DNA of 64,000 bases from Octopus bimaculoides (GCF_001194135.2 NC_068985.1:103304070-103368069), one strand, 5' to 3'; shown: positions 38,838 to 51,989, counted from the stretch's first letter. Translations and numbers: made by a program. The notes: generated from the sequence alone by a model not told the origin.

Positions 38838-39227
38838 TGTTGTTGTTGGCACTCCGTTGCTTACGACGACGAGGGTTCCAGTTGATCCTGATCAACGGAA
38901 CAGCCTGCTTGTGAAATTAACGTGCAAGTGGCTGAGTACTTCACAGACACGTGTACCCTTAACGTAGTTCTCGGGGACATTCAACGTGACACAGAGTGTG
39001 ACAAGGCTGGCCCTTTGAATTACAGGCACAACAGAAACAGGAAGTAAGGGTGAGAGAAAGTTGTGGTGAAAGAGTACAGCAGGGTTCACCACCACCCCCT
39101 GCCGGAGCCTCGTGGAGCTTTAGGTGTTTTCGCTCAATAAACACTCACAACGCCCGGTCTGGGAATCGAAACCGCGCTCCTATGACCGCGAGTCCGCTGT
39201 CCTAACCACTGGGCCATTGCGCCTCCA
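38838..39227 (-). mobile_element. full-length tRNA-derived SINE with target-site duplication
   Basis: TGCTGAGAATGT at 38826-38837 and 39228-39239; (GTT)n tail; tRNA-like head with A/B-box-like motifs. Confidence 0.92.
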
Positions 39228-40993
39228 TGCTGAGAATGTAAGCATTCACATACTCACTCACGTATGTACTGACAGATTTCTACACAGTTTATGCCTGCCA
39301 GTTTCACTCACAAGTCATTAGTCTGGCAAGACACTAGTCCAAGTGGCCACGCTGTGGGATGGGACCCTAAACCATGTGGTTACAAAGCAAACACTGTATC
39401 ACACAGCCAAATAAGCATTTTAGGATGTCTCTAATGTTTAAATCAGCTGAGAAATAAGTGCAATTTCTTTCAAGATATTCCAGTAGCATCTGTGGTTCAG
39501 AATAAGGATTCTTACAGATAATACAGGGTGTTCTTGTTTACTTCAACATTCTGGATAAGTTTTTTTTTTGTTTTTTTTTGTTAACTATATGTCATTTTGG
39601 TTTAAAGGAGAGCACTTTCAGAATTTCTCAAAGGATGAATCTCTCTGGGTCCTGTTTTTTTTTTTAATTCTGTATAAGAAATAACAGTTTATTTGCAAAA
39701 GGTGTCAAATAGTCAGCAAAAAAGAAAACAAGAAATACATAGAAAGTATAAAATACAGGAAACATCAAAGCAAATTGAGAATGAGAAAAAGAAAGAAAGA
39801 AGAAATTTTAAAAGGAAAGATAAAGGAAGAATAAAAGATAGGATTTAAAAAAGTAGAACAAATTAAATGTTATTCAATAAAATATTTTTATTTTGGAGGG
39901 GTTCGCCCAGGTAAACCCTGGCAGAATCAATGGCAGATTTAGTGGAGGTGTATTATATGAAAAAATATATTTTCTTTCGTGCATAGAGAGGCTTGATATC
40001 TCTCATTTGGCATAAGCATATACTATTTTGGATATGAGCTTTCCTGAGGATCAGCCTTGTTTCCACAGTGCATAGACCACAATTTCATCTAGCATTCATG
40101 TAAGGTTTGCATTTCTTTGTAACTTTACATGATACTAAATACCACCATTTACTCTTTTCAATAATCAGATGTACTTTGTTACGTTGTACCTAATAATGTC
40201 CTGATGGGAAAAGATATACATCTTGAACAGTACTTCCATTTTGTCAGTGATATGCTTCTGGTTGATGCCACAATTTAGGTCTATAGATCTAAGCTAAGCT
40301 TTATAGATATGGGTCTCTACATTACAAGATCCATTTATGGTTCCTGTGGCAATGTTCCAACATAGGCAAAGGCTTCTGTGCCGATTTATGAGTTGTCTGC
40401 TCCAAATTAGCAATATAACTAACTATAAAATTAATCTTATGCCTATATATATGGTTACAGGTGAAGTGCTTATCTGTTAATCTCTCACTCACCCATTCAC
40501 CCTCTCTCTCTCTCTCAGTCTCTCTCTCTCCTCTCACGGACACACACATTGTTCAATAGAATGATTCTGGTATTACAAAAGATTTTTACAGTGGTTTTAC
40601 ATACACACACACATACATACATAGCTAACTAGATAGATGGAAAATGAACTACAGTTGAAATGGCAGTGGTAAAAAGAAAAATCTATATCAAATTTATGTT
40701 GTGCTTGACACATGTTTGAGCTACCTGCATAAAGAATTTGAATCAAGTAAAGTAGAACTTAACTCAAACATTTATGTAAACACTGCATTTATGATCATGC
40801 AATGATATATTGAAATGCATCAGCAAACATTGTAATTTGGAATATCCATATTATTTCAAGAATTTCATAACTTATTGACTAAGTTCTTGGTCTGTTGCTT
40901 CATCAATATAAGTAATATAGTGTATTGGTTCATAGATAAGATTATTGTGTCATATTATCGGCTAAATTAATATGCATATGTGCCTGTGTGTAA

Positions 40994-41042
<49 letters not shown>

Positions 41043-41127
41043 TAGATTATAATATGTGTGTGTATGTATCTATATATACAAACCATAAATGCTCACATGT
41101 GTGTGTTTTATATATATATATATTTAT

Positions 41128-41705
41128 GAGAAATAATGTAGGGAGACAAAAGATAGGTTACCAAAATATATTCCATTGTGAAATCATTATGCCAAAAATA
41201 TATAGATATATAAACATACTCAAAATATGTTAAAAATACATTAAAGTTATATCGATATAAATATGTTAAGAATATATTAAGAATGTACAAAAATATAGTC
41301 CTATTTATTTTTTAAAAAGGCTATTAAAATATATTAAAATATTTAAAATGTTGTAAATCCATATGGTTTATAATTTGTTTAAAACCATCTACCAGAGTAA
41401 TAAAAATATCTCTTTATAAAGGTTGTCAGCAACAAATTCCACCATAGTTCATAACAAAAGTAGTCTTACCAGTTGGATCTTCTTTGATGAAGGAGGCAGT
41501 GGTATTGAACAGAATTTAAGTTCATCTTTGCACCACACTGCCCCCAGAAATGACAGTTAGATATAAACTCCTATATGGATTTATTATATTTTCTACACTC
41601 AGATACTAAGCGAATTTTAAACTTTATGGATTTACAATATTAATCTATAATACCATTTTTAAAAAGTAAGACCTATACTTTTGTACATTCTTAATATAAT
41701 CTTAA

Positions 41706-41736
<31 letters not shown>

Positions 41737-42136
41737 GTTTAACGTCCGCTTTCCATGCTAGCATGGGTTGGACGATTTGACTGAGGACTGGTGAAACCGG
41801 ATGGCAACACCAGGCTCCAGTCCGATTTGGCAGAGTTTCTACAGCTGGATGCCCTTCCTAACGCCAACCACTCAGAGAGTGTAGTGGGTGCTTTTACGTG
41901 TCACCCGCACGAAAACGGCCACGCTCGAAATGGTGTCTTTTATGTGCCACCCGCACAAGCCAGTCCAGGGGCACTATTTATATATATTTATATCTATATA
42001 TTTTTAATGTACTTTTAATATATTTTGAGTATGTTTATATATCTATATATTTTTAGCACATGATTTGGTGCATATAATGATTTCACTATAGAATATATTT
42101 TGGTAACCTATCTTTTGTCTCTCTTCATTATTTCTC
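41128..42136. mobile_element. foldback element with hammerhead-like core; right arm interrupted by RTE-tail element
   Basis: 41128-41370 is the reverse complement of 41618-41708 plus 41976-42136; core motif at 41471-41569. Confidence 0.8.
41706..41975 (-). mobile_element. young RTE-tail element (5'-truncated RTE or RTE-dependent SINE)
   Basis: (CAT)n tail then cgtttaacgtccgctttccatgctagc...gctggatgcccttcctaacgccaacc; CpGs retained. Confidence 0.85.
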
Positions 42137-42149
42137 CTATTTTTCTATG

Positions 42150-44348
42150 GCTCAGATACACTGAGCACTTTGATGTGCTCTATATATAGAGATGATTCTA
42201 TCTCTAAAGTATATATATATTTTTTTAATGATTCTGCAAAGAAAGAGGCTTGGAAATGCCATTAATAAAGACTGATGAATGTAGAGAAAATGGGAGGAGG
42301 AGAGCCTGCCAAATGTTAACCTAATTGAAGGACCAGCTACCCGAATCGACAGTTCTTTGGTAGATAAAGCAGTTAAAGATATGAAAACAGGGAAAGCCCC
42401 CGGCCCATCAGGAATCACTGCCGAGATGCTTAAAATATCTGGCAGTGTGGGTTATGGGTCTAGTCACCTGTATTGTAAATCAGGTGGTTCATGAAGGAGT
42501 CATACCCAATGACTGGTGTAGCAGAATCATAGTCAATTGCTACAAAGGTAAAAGTGATGCCTTAGAAATAATTACAGAGGTATCAAATTGTTGGATCAGG
42601 TGATGAAAGTTACAAAGAAAGCCTAGATGAGATGCAGCTTGGTTTTGTGCCAGGGAGAAGCACCACTGATGCTATATTTCTGGTAAGGCAGCTACAGGAG
42701 AAATACATAGCCAATGATAAACCTCTGTACTTGGCTTTTGTTGACTTGGAGAAAGCCTTTGACAGGGTCCCCCGATCCCTTATGTGGTAGTCAATGCAGA
42801 AACTAGGGATAGACAAGTGGTTGGTGAGAGCCATACAAGCTATGTACAGGGATGCTACCAGTAAGGTGAGGGTTGGCAATGAGTACAGCAAAAAATTCAG
42901 GGTACAAGTAGGGGTTCAGCCCCCTCTTGTTTATCATAGTCTTCCAGGCAGTAACAGGAATTTAAGACAGGCTACCCCTGGGAGCTCCTTTATGCTGATG
43001 ACATTGCTCTTATTGCTAAATCACTACCAGAACTAGAGAAGAAGTTCCAGGTATGGAAGCAAGGCCTAGAATCAAAGGGCCTTTAGAGTTAACCTAGCAA
43101 AAACCAAAGTCTTAGTAAGCATATAAAAATCACATATTCCTTCAGTTAGATGGCTGTGCTCAATCTGTAGAAACTCCATTAGATGCACCTGATGTAAGCT
43201 TTGGACACATAAAAGGTGCAGCAATATCAGAGAAAGGTTAACAGGGAAACTTGCTTTTGTATGCAGAAGATTCACAGATACAATAAATGCTGAAAATGTG
43301 CAGAAAATAGACTCCATCAACTGCCAGGGGATCAAGCTAGAGGTAGTAGAAGCTTCCATTATCTAGGTGACCAAGTTAGTGGAGGTGGATGCTCTGAGAG
43401 TGTAGCTGTGAGAATAAGATTAAGCTAGGCAAATTTCAGAGAGCTCCTACCTCTGCTGGCAACAAAGGGCCTCTCTCTCAGAGTGAAAGGCAGATTGTAT
43501 GATGCCTGTGAGTGAATAGCTATGCTACATGGGCTGTGATAGCTGAGGACATGTGTAGGCTTGAAAGAAATGAAGCTAGTATGCATCGTTAGATGTGCAG
43601 TGTTAGTGTGCATGTTCGACAGTGTAAGCATCTTGAGAGAAAAGTTAGGCATAAGAGGCATTAGATGTGGTGTGCAAGAGAGACGACTGTGCTGGTATGG
43701 TCATGTGATGCATATGGATGAGGACAGCTGTGTAAAGAAGTCCTGATCTCTAACTGTGGAGGGAACCTGTGGTAGAGGTAGACCCAGAAAGACATGGAAC
43801 GAAGTGGTGGGGCCTCATTGAGGCAATGACTAGTGATTAAGACCTTTGGCAGTATGCTGTGCTTGAGAAAACCCATGAAGCCAAGTGAAATCATAGTCAT
43901 GGCTGATGCTGGTGTCATGTAACTGGCACCTGTGCTAGTGGCACGTAAAGCACACCTTTTGAGTATTGGGCCTCACAGACGAAAAGTGGCTGAGTTCCTT
44001 TCAAGTGTTGGGCCTCACAGAGGTAAAGTGACTGAGTTCCTTTTGAGTGTTGGGCCTCACGGAGGCAATGATTGAGACCTTTGGTATTATGTCATGTTCA
44101 AGAAGACCCATCAAGCCGAGCAAAATCACAGTCATCGCAGATATTGGTGTCACACAAATGGCACCTGTGTCACTGGCACATAAAAGCACCCATTACACTC
44201 TCAGAGTGGTTGGTGTTAAGAAGAGCATCCAGCTTTAGAAAACCATGCTAAATCAGCCTGCAGTCTGGTGCAGCCTTCCAGATTACTAGCCCTGGTCAAA
44301 CTGTCCAACCCATGCCAGCATGGACAACAGACGTTAGATGATGATGAT
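42150..44348 (+). mobile_element. 5'-truncated RTE LINE, degenerate RT
   Basis: NYRGIKLLDQVMKV, GFVPGRSTTDAIFLVRQLQEKY, LYLAFVDLEKAFDRVPR, YADDIALIA, RVNLAKTKVL, ERRL.WYGHV; (GAT)n tail. Confidence 0.95.
43957..44072. repeat. ~43-bp minisatellite, about 3 units, in RTE 3' region
   Basis: gagtattgggcctcacagac.. / aagtgttgggcctcacagag.. / gagtgttgggcctcacggag.. Confidence 0.85.
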
Positions 44349-44461
44349 ATATTATATTTGTAAATATATGCCACACACACATACACATTTAGGTAGATAG
44401 ATATGATACATGTATATATATATATATATATGTATAATATATAGACATGATTATTATTATT

Positions 44462-44900
44462 ATTTCCATTTCACTTCTCAGAGCTCTTAATTTCACTTGC
44501 TCTTGCTAATTTTGTATGAGCAGATAACAGTTTGTTGTCAAGGGTCTCACAGGGTCTCTTTCCACAATACTTAACATCCAAGTAGCAATATCAAAATCCT
44601 CACTGTCCCCAATAAAGCAGTTTTCTGAGCATGTTCTACCCACATATCAATCCCAATTTCTCCAACAAATTTCTCAAATCTGGTTGTTGATACTCCCGTT
44701 GCCCCTACAACTGCTGGGATGACATTTACTTTCTTCACTACCCACATACATGCAATCTCATCTCTCAGTGTTTTGTACTTCTCAATCTTTTCCAGTCACA
44801 CATACATCCCAAATATAGCAATATCTATGATCTTAGTTTCCTTCAGCATTTTATCAACTACAATATCTGGTTTCCTAGCATCAATCACTGAATCACACAT
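44462..44900 (-). mobile_element. R4/Dong-like (RLE-type) non-LTR retrotransposon 3' fragment
   Basis: DARKPDIVVDKMLKETKIIDIA..EKIEKYK.L.DEI..MW.VKKVNVIP.VVGA.G...AQKTALLGTVRIL (PD..D/ExK restriction-like endonuclease); (AAT)n on both sides. Confidence 0.8.
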
Positions 44901-44919
44901 TATTATTATTATTATTATT

Positions 44920-45140
44920 ATTAGAGCAGCAAGCTAACAGAATCATTAGCTCATGAAACAAAATGCTTAACAGCATTTCTTCTGGCTTTACATACTGAGT
45001 TCACATTTCACTAAGGTTGACGTTGCCTTTCATCCTTTTGGGGTCGATGAAATAAGTACCAGCAGCACTCTGTTGTCAATGTAGTCAACTGGCCCTTTCC
45101 TCGAAATTCCAGGCCTTGTGTCTGTGTTAGAAAGAATTAT
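44920..45140 (+). mobile_element. abundant SINE copy
   Basis: gcaagctaacagaatcattagc..aaaatgcttaacagcattt..ttgcctttcatccttttggggtcgatgaaataagtacc. Confidence 0.8.
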
Positions 45141-45144
45141 CACT

Positions 45145-45705
45145 ATTATTGAGTGAGGGAGCAGTGCATGCCATGAAAGTGATGATGGGATACAAATATA
45201 TGAAGCCCCAAATACCTATTATGACTATTCATCTGATATACCTAGCTCATGCATCATAACCATATGTGCATGACATGGTGATCTAGTATCAAAATAAATG
45301 ATGCATGATCTTGCAGGTGGAGCCCACTTAGAATTTTCTTGAGGTTGAGTAGCCCATCCTGCTCAAAAGGTCTCTGAATAAGAGTTGTTTAAGGATGATG
45401 AATGAAATACCCATGTTTCCAGAGGTGAATTATTCAAACCCCAAAGAATTCCTTTCAACACATATTTATGAAGCATCCCCACTACTCCTGTCCATGATCT
45501 GAAATGCATATATCATCAGCCACCAAAGGACATGCTCAACTAATTAAGGTCAAGTAACTGACAAGCACATCTGTGGTATTGAGCAGAATATTTGCTGTAG
45601 CCCATCTTTTACACTAAGACAAACATGTACATGTTAACACTTCTTCTAATCAGTTAAGATCAGAAGCCATGAGAACCACTGCTGGGACTGCATCAGGTCA
45701 TTTAT
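45145..45705 (-). mobile_element. ~560-bp non-coding interspersed repeat bounded by (AAT)n
   Basis: GC-richer non-coding block ending ctgctccctcactcaataat on minus; recalled as an abundant octopus repeat, not verified. Confidence 0.5.
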
Positions 45706-46836
45706 TATTATTATCAGTAGTAGTAGCAGTGGTAGTGGTAGTATGTGGGTGTGTTTCATTACAAAGGAGAATGAAGTTTCACTCTCATACCTTTTTGCAT
45801 TAACTACTTATTTGAAGAATGCCTTCAGTAATATCATAATTACCTGAACTATACATTTCATCTTTAGGGTGCCTCTGTACAGTATTTATATATACATTTA
45901 CTTTATATCAGTTTAATTTTTCGCTTTTTCTCTTGGGGATCACAGGTAGAAATATAATTCATTAGTTCAAATTTAGTTTGTGGTCATGTACGCAGCCAAG
46001 AATAAGAGATCTGGTAAGAGATCAAACTAATTGAATATAGTGTAGATATAATATTGTAGATTACACAATTTATGATAATGGTTATAATGTAGAAAATTAT
46101 AATTAGTTCCAGGATTAGTATTGTTGAGTTTGATTTAGCATAACTATAGGAAGAAAATCCAAAATTAAGATATGTGTAAATTCACCGCTGTACTTATTAC
46201 ATAATTTTCTCCTTGTACATATACATTATAAGCCTATAAACTTAAAACCTTTGTGCCTATATAAGGGATTAATAATGCTTGGTTTCAATCATTCTCAGTT
46301 AACTTTGTTTCTCTCTTATGTGGATTTCATAAAGCAAATAACAGTATTATGCTGAAGGTTGATTTAGTTCCCTCTACCCTTGAAAAATTTAGCCTCATCT
46401 CTACCTTCAGCAGAAATTTATATTCATATTTATTGTTATTACAATTGCGAGTACTGCGTGGTTGAATTGTCAAAGCCATGGAAAAATTCTTTGTGGTACT
46501 TTCTTTACATTTTCTAATCAAATCTTGCTGAGACTCGCTTTGTCTTTCATTCTCCCAAGGATTGAAATATAAGCACCAGTTAATTATTTAGATTGATTTA
46601 ATAAACTATGCTCCTTACCCCAAAATTTGAGGCCTTATGTATAAGTTAAAAACAACATCAACTACAATAATGATAATTTTAATAATAATAATTATTATTA
46701 TTATCATCATTATTATTTTTCCATTTGACTCAATATATATCAAAATGATATTGAGTAAAATTTGTCTATCAATATTTGCGATAGACTGAAGTGAGAAATT
46801 TCGAGAATGTTATTTCAAAGCAGCTTCTTTCTACAG

Positions 46837-46867
46837 GTGTTACAAATATCAGTGCTGATAAAATTTT
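46837..46867 (+). CDS. candidate micro-exon (GVTNISADKI or VLQISVLIKF)
   Basis: Acceptor gcagcttctttctacAG, donor GTtagt; phase-compatible with an 18-nt candidate at 45996-46013 (cAG / GTaaga). Confidence 0.2.
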
Positions 46868-48059
46868 GTTAGTGCTTATACACATGTAGTTATATATTGC
46901 ATACACACAATCTTACACACTCAGAAGCTTGTAATTACTAAGTTGTTAATATATTAATTTTTTTCTCTTGTTTAAATAATATTATTTTCATCATATTTTA
47001 TACAGATTTTAAAAAGTAAATTTATTTTATTTATTTACAAAATATTTATTTCATTTCATTTATTTCAATTATTTTTTAATTCTTTATTGGTCAGCGCCCT
47101 TTAGTGCTGGTTTCATATATATATACATGTATATGTTTACATACATACATACATACATATATATATATACATATATATATATATGTATATATATGTATGT
47201 ATATGTGTGTGTTTATATATATATATATATGTGTGTGTATATATATATATGTATATATATATATATTTATATATATATATCTCTATATACCTTCCTTGTG
47301 AATGTTGTGGTTGGTTAGTTGAGCACTGTATGTCGTCATTGTTGTTGTTATTGTTGTTGTTGGTGGTGTTTTTAATTTTGTTTTTTGTTACGTTTGTATA
47401 TTATTTTTTTTCTGTAACTTCTTTTTTGAATTTCTGTTATTTCTTCAGTTTTGTTTTTCTGTTGTGTCATTTGTCTTCGTTTCTGCAGTAACTGTTTTTC
47501 GTTATTTTATCTTTGTTTTTTCGTTTTTTTTTAATGATGATGACAAAATCCAGTATATATATATATATTTATATATATATAAGCATTTGGCACGATACAG
47601 TTTTAATGCCAGAGTGAGGCCAATGAATGCCACTGTGGCTTAGTCACACCATGCATGCTGATCCGCGCCCCTTTCCCTTTATAACCTCCCTTTTTACCCC
47701 ACCCACCCAGAACCTTTTTTCATTTTATTCTTTTCATTTTCTTTTATTTGGTAGCACTAATTTTACCCTTGCATGTGAAATACAGCTGCACATAATTATT
47801 TAATTCTGCATGTTTGCAAATATTTTCTTATATCAATATTTCATTTTTTTTCTCATTATTTACAAAAAATAAAATATTAAAGCATATAAAAAATTTAATT
47901 GCGCTCATTTGAAGCATATATTATTATGATTATTATTACTATTGATTTCTCTTTTCTTGAACAGATATTTTTTTCTTCCAAATTAAATCAAAGTTTTGAA
48001 GCATTTTGCTTTCCAATCTGAACAGTGTCATTGTGATTAAATTTTATCACTGTTGTTAT

Positions 48060-48060
48060 C

Positions 48061-48104
<44 letters not shown>

Positions 48105-48136
48105 CATTATTATTATTATTATTATTATCATCATCA

Positions 48137-48185
<49 letters not shown>

Positions 48186-48245
48186 CATTATTATTATTAC
48201 TATCATCATCCTTATTATCATCATCACTACCATTCTCATTCTCAT
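48060..48245. repeat. (ATT)n/(CAT)n microsatellite
   Basis: Direct inspection; source of poly-Y/L/I ORFs. Confidence 0.95.
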
Positions 48246-48834
48246 CATTTAATTAACTTACAATTCATCCAATCAGATTTTTTTTCTAATTACCTCACTA
48301 TTGTTATTTCATTATTTTTAGAGATTGAATGTTATTATTTAAATTAAATTTGTATGTTGTTTTAAAAATGAAAAAAAAAAATAAAACGGGGCAAGAAAAA
48401 TAGAATAACAGAATATAAGAGAAAGGATGAAACAAAACAAAAACTAAAAATACGAATAGCAGTTAAAATAATGTGAATATTTATACTATCAAAGAATTAT
48501 TAAAGACAAAAAAAAAACAAACAGATCAACAGACAAAGTTACACAATATAACAAATCCAGGTTTATTCTTCTCATGTTTAGTGGATTTTTTTTCAATATT
48601 GTATTTGAGAAATTTGTAAAGGGAGGTGTAAAATACTTATATAAGAATTTTCATTTGTTTCACACCTAGAAATTCGTTATTTCTTACAAATGCTAACACA
48701 TTGAAAAAAGAATAATGACCCTCTTGAATATTTTGAAAATTTTAAAAAAACCATATTTATTGAAGCCTTATTGATATCTTAAAACTCTTACGTAAGACAG
48801 ACAATTGTTAGTTAAACTCCATATNNNNNNNNNN

Positions 48835-48875
<41 letters not shown>

Positions 48876-48941
48876 CAGTAATGTGTGTAACCACCTATGT
48901 AACATATTTGCATTCTTCTACCTAAGCATGATCTTCAATAG

Positions 48942-48993
48942 ATTTTGTTACAGTCAATGAAGTACAAGACAAGATGATGCCATGTCATAAAAT
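48942..48993 (+). CDS. candidate exon ((D)FVTVNEVQDKMMPCHK)
   Basis: Acceptor gatcttcaatAG, donor AT|GTGAGA; open in phase 1. Confidence 0.25.
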
Positions 48994-49399
48994 GTGAGAC
49001 ATGACTGTCTTTCTGCGCCATATATTCCCCCACACCAAATGAGAATACAAACTAAAAATAAAAATAGCAGTGCTGTGTCTTAAATCAGTTTAGTAGAAAT
49101 CTTACTTATGATAGTGGCTACACCATCATATGAGCTCTTTCAAACTCTTACATAGAAAACACTTAATTTATTTGGAGGCAGATTTCATGAAAGATGGTTG
49201 GGTGTACTGAAAATATTCTACAATTAATGCAACCTTCATATGTAGTAACTGTTAAAATCAATTCACTTATTTTTGATTCATCAATATCACATCATAAGCC
49301 ACACCAATAACAAAACAAGTAAACAAAAAAATACTATTAATATTAACTTACATACACAATATAAAAATTTGCCTTTTCTTAATGGGTAACAGATAGATA

Positions 49400-51210
49400 G
49401 TTTCAGTATCACATATCACATGACAGGATACCATCTTTCTATCTAACTTCAGTAACTCCTATGAAGTTTGTTGAAGATCATAGTAAACAAAGTCATTGGT
49501 TAAACTTTTTGAATTGACTGGGCATGAAGTGAGGTTGGCACAATTTCAGTTGTTACTAGACAGAAGTGAAATGATTGAATTATTGAGTTTAAAGATAATG
49601 GAGGAAGTTATCAAAAGGTCAGAGTTTGAGATTGGAGAATGTGAAAGTGCTTTAATTGAAAAGTTTATATATATATATGTTAGTATGGGAAATGTTTCTT
49701 TAACAAGAAGAAGAATTTTGCTATGACTGCAACAGCTAATAAATGTAGGAGAAGATCATACTAGCAAGTACTATGTTTTTCTTTCTTACAGATAGGCATT
49801 TGGAAGTGGGTGGTGTAATTGATTTTCTTTCTTTTTTTTTCCATCTTTTAAAGCCACTGTGTGTTAATGTTTCATTATTGCAGGCAATACATTCTCATGG
49901 AATGAAATGCTAGGATTTGTAAGGGATACATTTTAACAAGATTATTTAGGATGTCTCTAGGATTAAACTTTCCATGTGTATAGTTGACTGTTTTATTGGG
50001 CTTACAGCAGAAGTAATGTTGGAAGTTGGAAAGATCAGTGGTGATGTTGAGAAATTTTGCTAATTTCAGGCCAGTTTCTATAGTGATTGCAAATTCATAA
50101 TCTGTAAAGAAGTGGTAGAATTCTTTCCTGATTTAATTGTTTGAGCTAGTGTTCAAGTTAAGTTCCACTGCATGGCATCTGGATTTTTGAACTATGATGA
50201 CAAGTTGCCCATTGCCTAGTGAGTTAAATTTGTCAAATGGAAACTGTACTTATATAAATCTGTGTCAGATGGAAACTGTACTTATATAAATCTGTGGCAT
50301 GAGATGTATATTTTTCTGTGTCTGTCTTACTAGCAAAATGCTGCACATTTTGTCCTGTAAACTAGCAGTTCAGCAAATAGAGAACAATAAAATTAGTTCC
50401 AGGCCCTAAAATTAGTACTTGGTTGATATTATCTACTTAACTTTTCAAGGTAGTGCCCCAGCATGGTTGCTGTCCAATTACTGAAATCAGAATTTATAAA
50501 TACTCAACTTCCCATTTTGGGAATTCATTTTCATAATATCTGGTAACAACCCAAACATCAGTTACAGGATACAAGGGCTGTAGTTAATGAAGTTTTCTGT
50601 ATTTTTAAACATAGTCAAGAAATCATATTTTCATTTAGCTGTACCATTCAAGGGATACTGGGAAAAAAAACTGTAGTCAGAAGTCACAAAATTCAGTGGG
50701 CCTTTGTACAAATTGTTTGCAATTATTGTTCAATGTGCTATAATAGTTAAAAAGTTCTCTTAAAAGAGAAAAAGAAAAAAATTATAAAAAATTGGGTGAG
50801 GGTTACATTTTAGTAGTAAATCAGTATAATATTAATAATGCCAGTACCTTGAAAAATGGCACAGTAAGAATATGCATACTCATTCATCTACATACATTCA
50901 CTCACCCCACTACTACCAACATACTCGCAGACATTTACAAATTCCATGTGTTCCCAGCTTTGTGAAATCATTGTTTATTTGCATTTTCTAAAACCCTTCG
51001 ATTCGGAATTTTCATGTTCTGGTTATTGTGAATTTTCTAGGATTAGTCTTTTCTCTGCTATGAATAGATTTAGATTACATCTATTACTGCCATTTTTTAA
51101 GGCCTTTGTCTTGTAACAATCTTCCAGTTGACATAATTTTTGAAGCATTTTTCTTTCAATAAATATAGTTTGGGAGTTTCAGTTTATTTCACTTTCCAGT
51201 GTTTCTGAAT
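49400..51210 (-). mobile_element. Penelope-like element RT remnant
   Basis: Minus strand IRKEF..FF......ITIETGLK..KFLNITTDL....Y...KPN...Y and FF.LL.KHFP motifs typical of PLE RT and C-terminal region; heavily decayed. Confidence 0.7.
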
Positions 51211-51216
51211 GAAGTG

Positions 51217-51222
51217 ATCATC

Positions 51223-51254
<32 letters not shown>

Positions 51255-51281
51255 CATCATCATCACCATCACCATCATCAC

Positions 51282-51328
<47 letters not shown>

Positions 51329-51340
51329 ACATCATCATTT
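51217..51340. repeat. (CAT/CAC)n microsatellite
   Basis: Direct inspection. Confidence 0.95.
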
Positions 51341-51989
51341 AACATCATTCTTCTTGAATATTCCTTCAGTCAATTCAAAATATCAGAAGTGATTTTACGA
51401 TCAACATCTCTCAATTACTCCATTGAATTTCATTTTAAGTTTCAAAATATTCTTGTCTATATTTTTTACAATGGATACCACCCATTTAATTACTTTTTCA
51501 GCTATCTCACTTTGACTAAATTTTGTTATTTTAACTGATTAGAGTTGATTCTCCCTGAGTACTTTGAATACTTCAAATAGAAAAGAATAAAATATTTCTC
51601 TCTAAGCTTAAAAGCGCAGAAGATTTCAGTGATTTTAGCCCAGAGTCTGTTAATTAACATTTCGTTGGTAGCCAGTTATAAAATTTTCATTTCCTCAAAA
51701 TGTATTGACAAGTTTTTTTTAAAATACATATATCTCAACTCTATATGATTTATAATGAGTGCTTTTGCTCATTAACATGTGTGAATTGCTTCGTCTATCT
51801 GTCTGTTTCTCTTTCTCACTCTCTCTCTCTCACTCTTTCTCTCTCACTCTTTCTCTCTCTTTCTTTCTCTCTTTCACACACACACACATAGGGGATGAGC
51901 AAGAGAGATATATATAATATTTGCCAAGCAAACAATTACAATACAGAAAACAAGGAAAAACAAAAGCAACAAACTCGCAAGAAAATGCA

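Noticed and set aside
39170-39227. tRNA gene
   Set aside because: tRNA-like head of a SINE continuing into a SINE body with TSD; no complete cloverleaf.
47090-47560. Split hammerhead halves on opposite strands around a Penelope-like tract
   Set aside because: Matches are too short and decayed (taatgatgatgacaaaatcc; gaaaccagcac) to distinguish from chance.
49496-49726. 76-aa ORF
   Set aside because: Antisense shadow of a decayed Penelope RT region.
50231-50294. 32-bp perfect-like tandem duplication
   Set aside because: Ordinary local duplication inside a dead Penelope copy.
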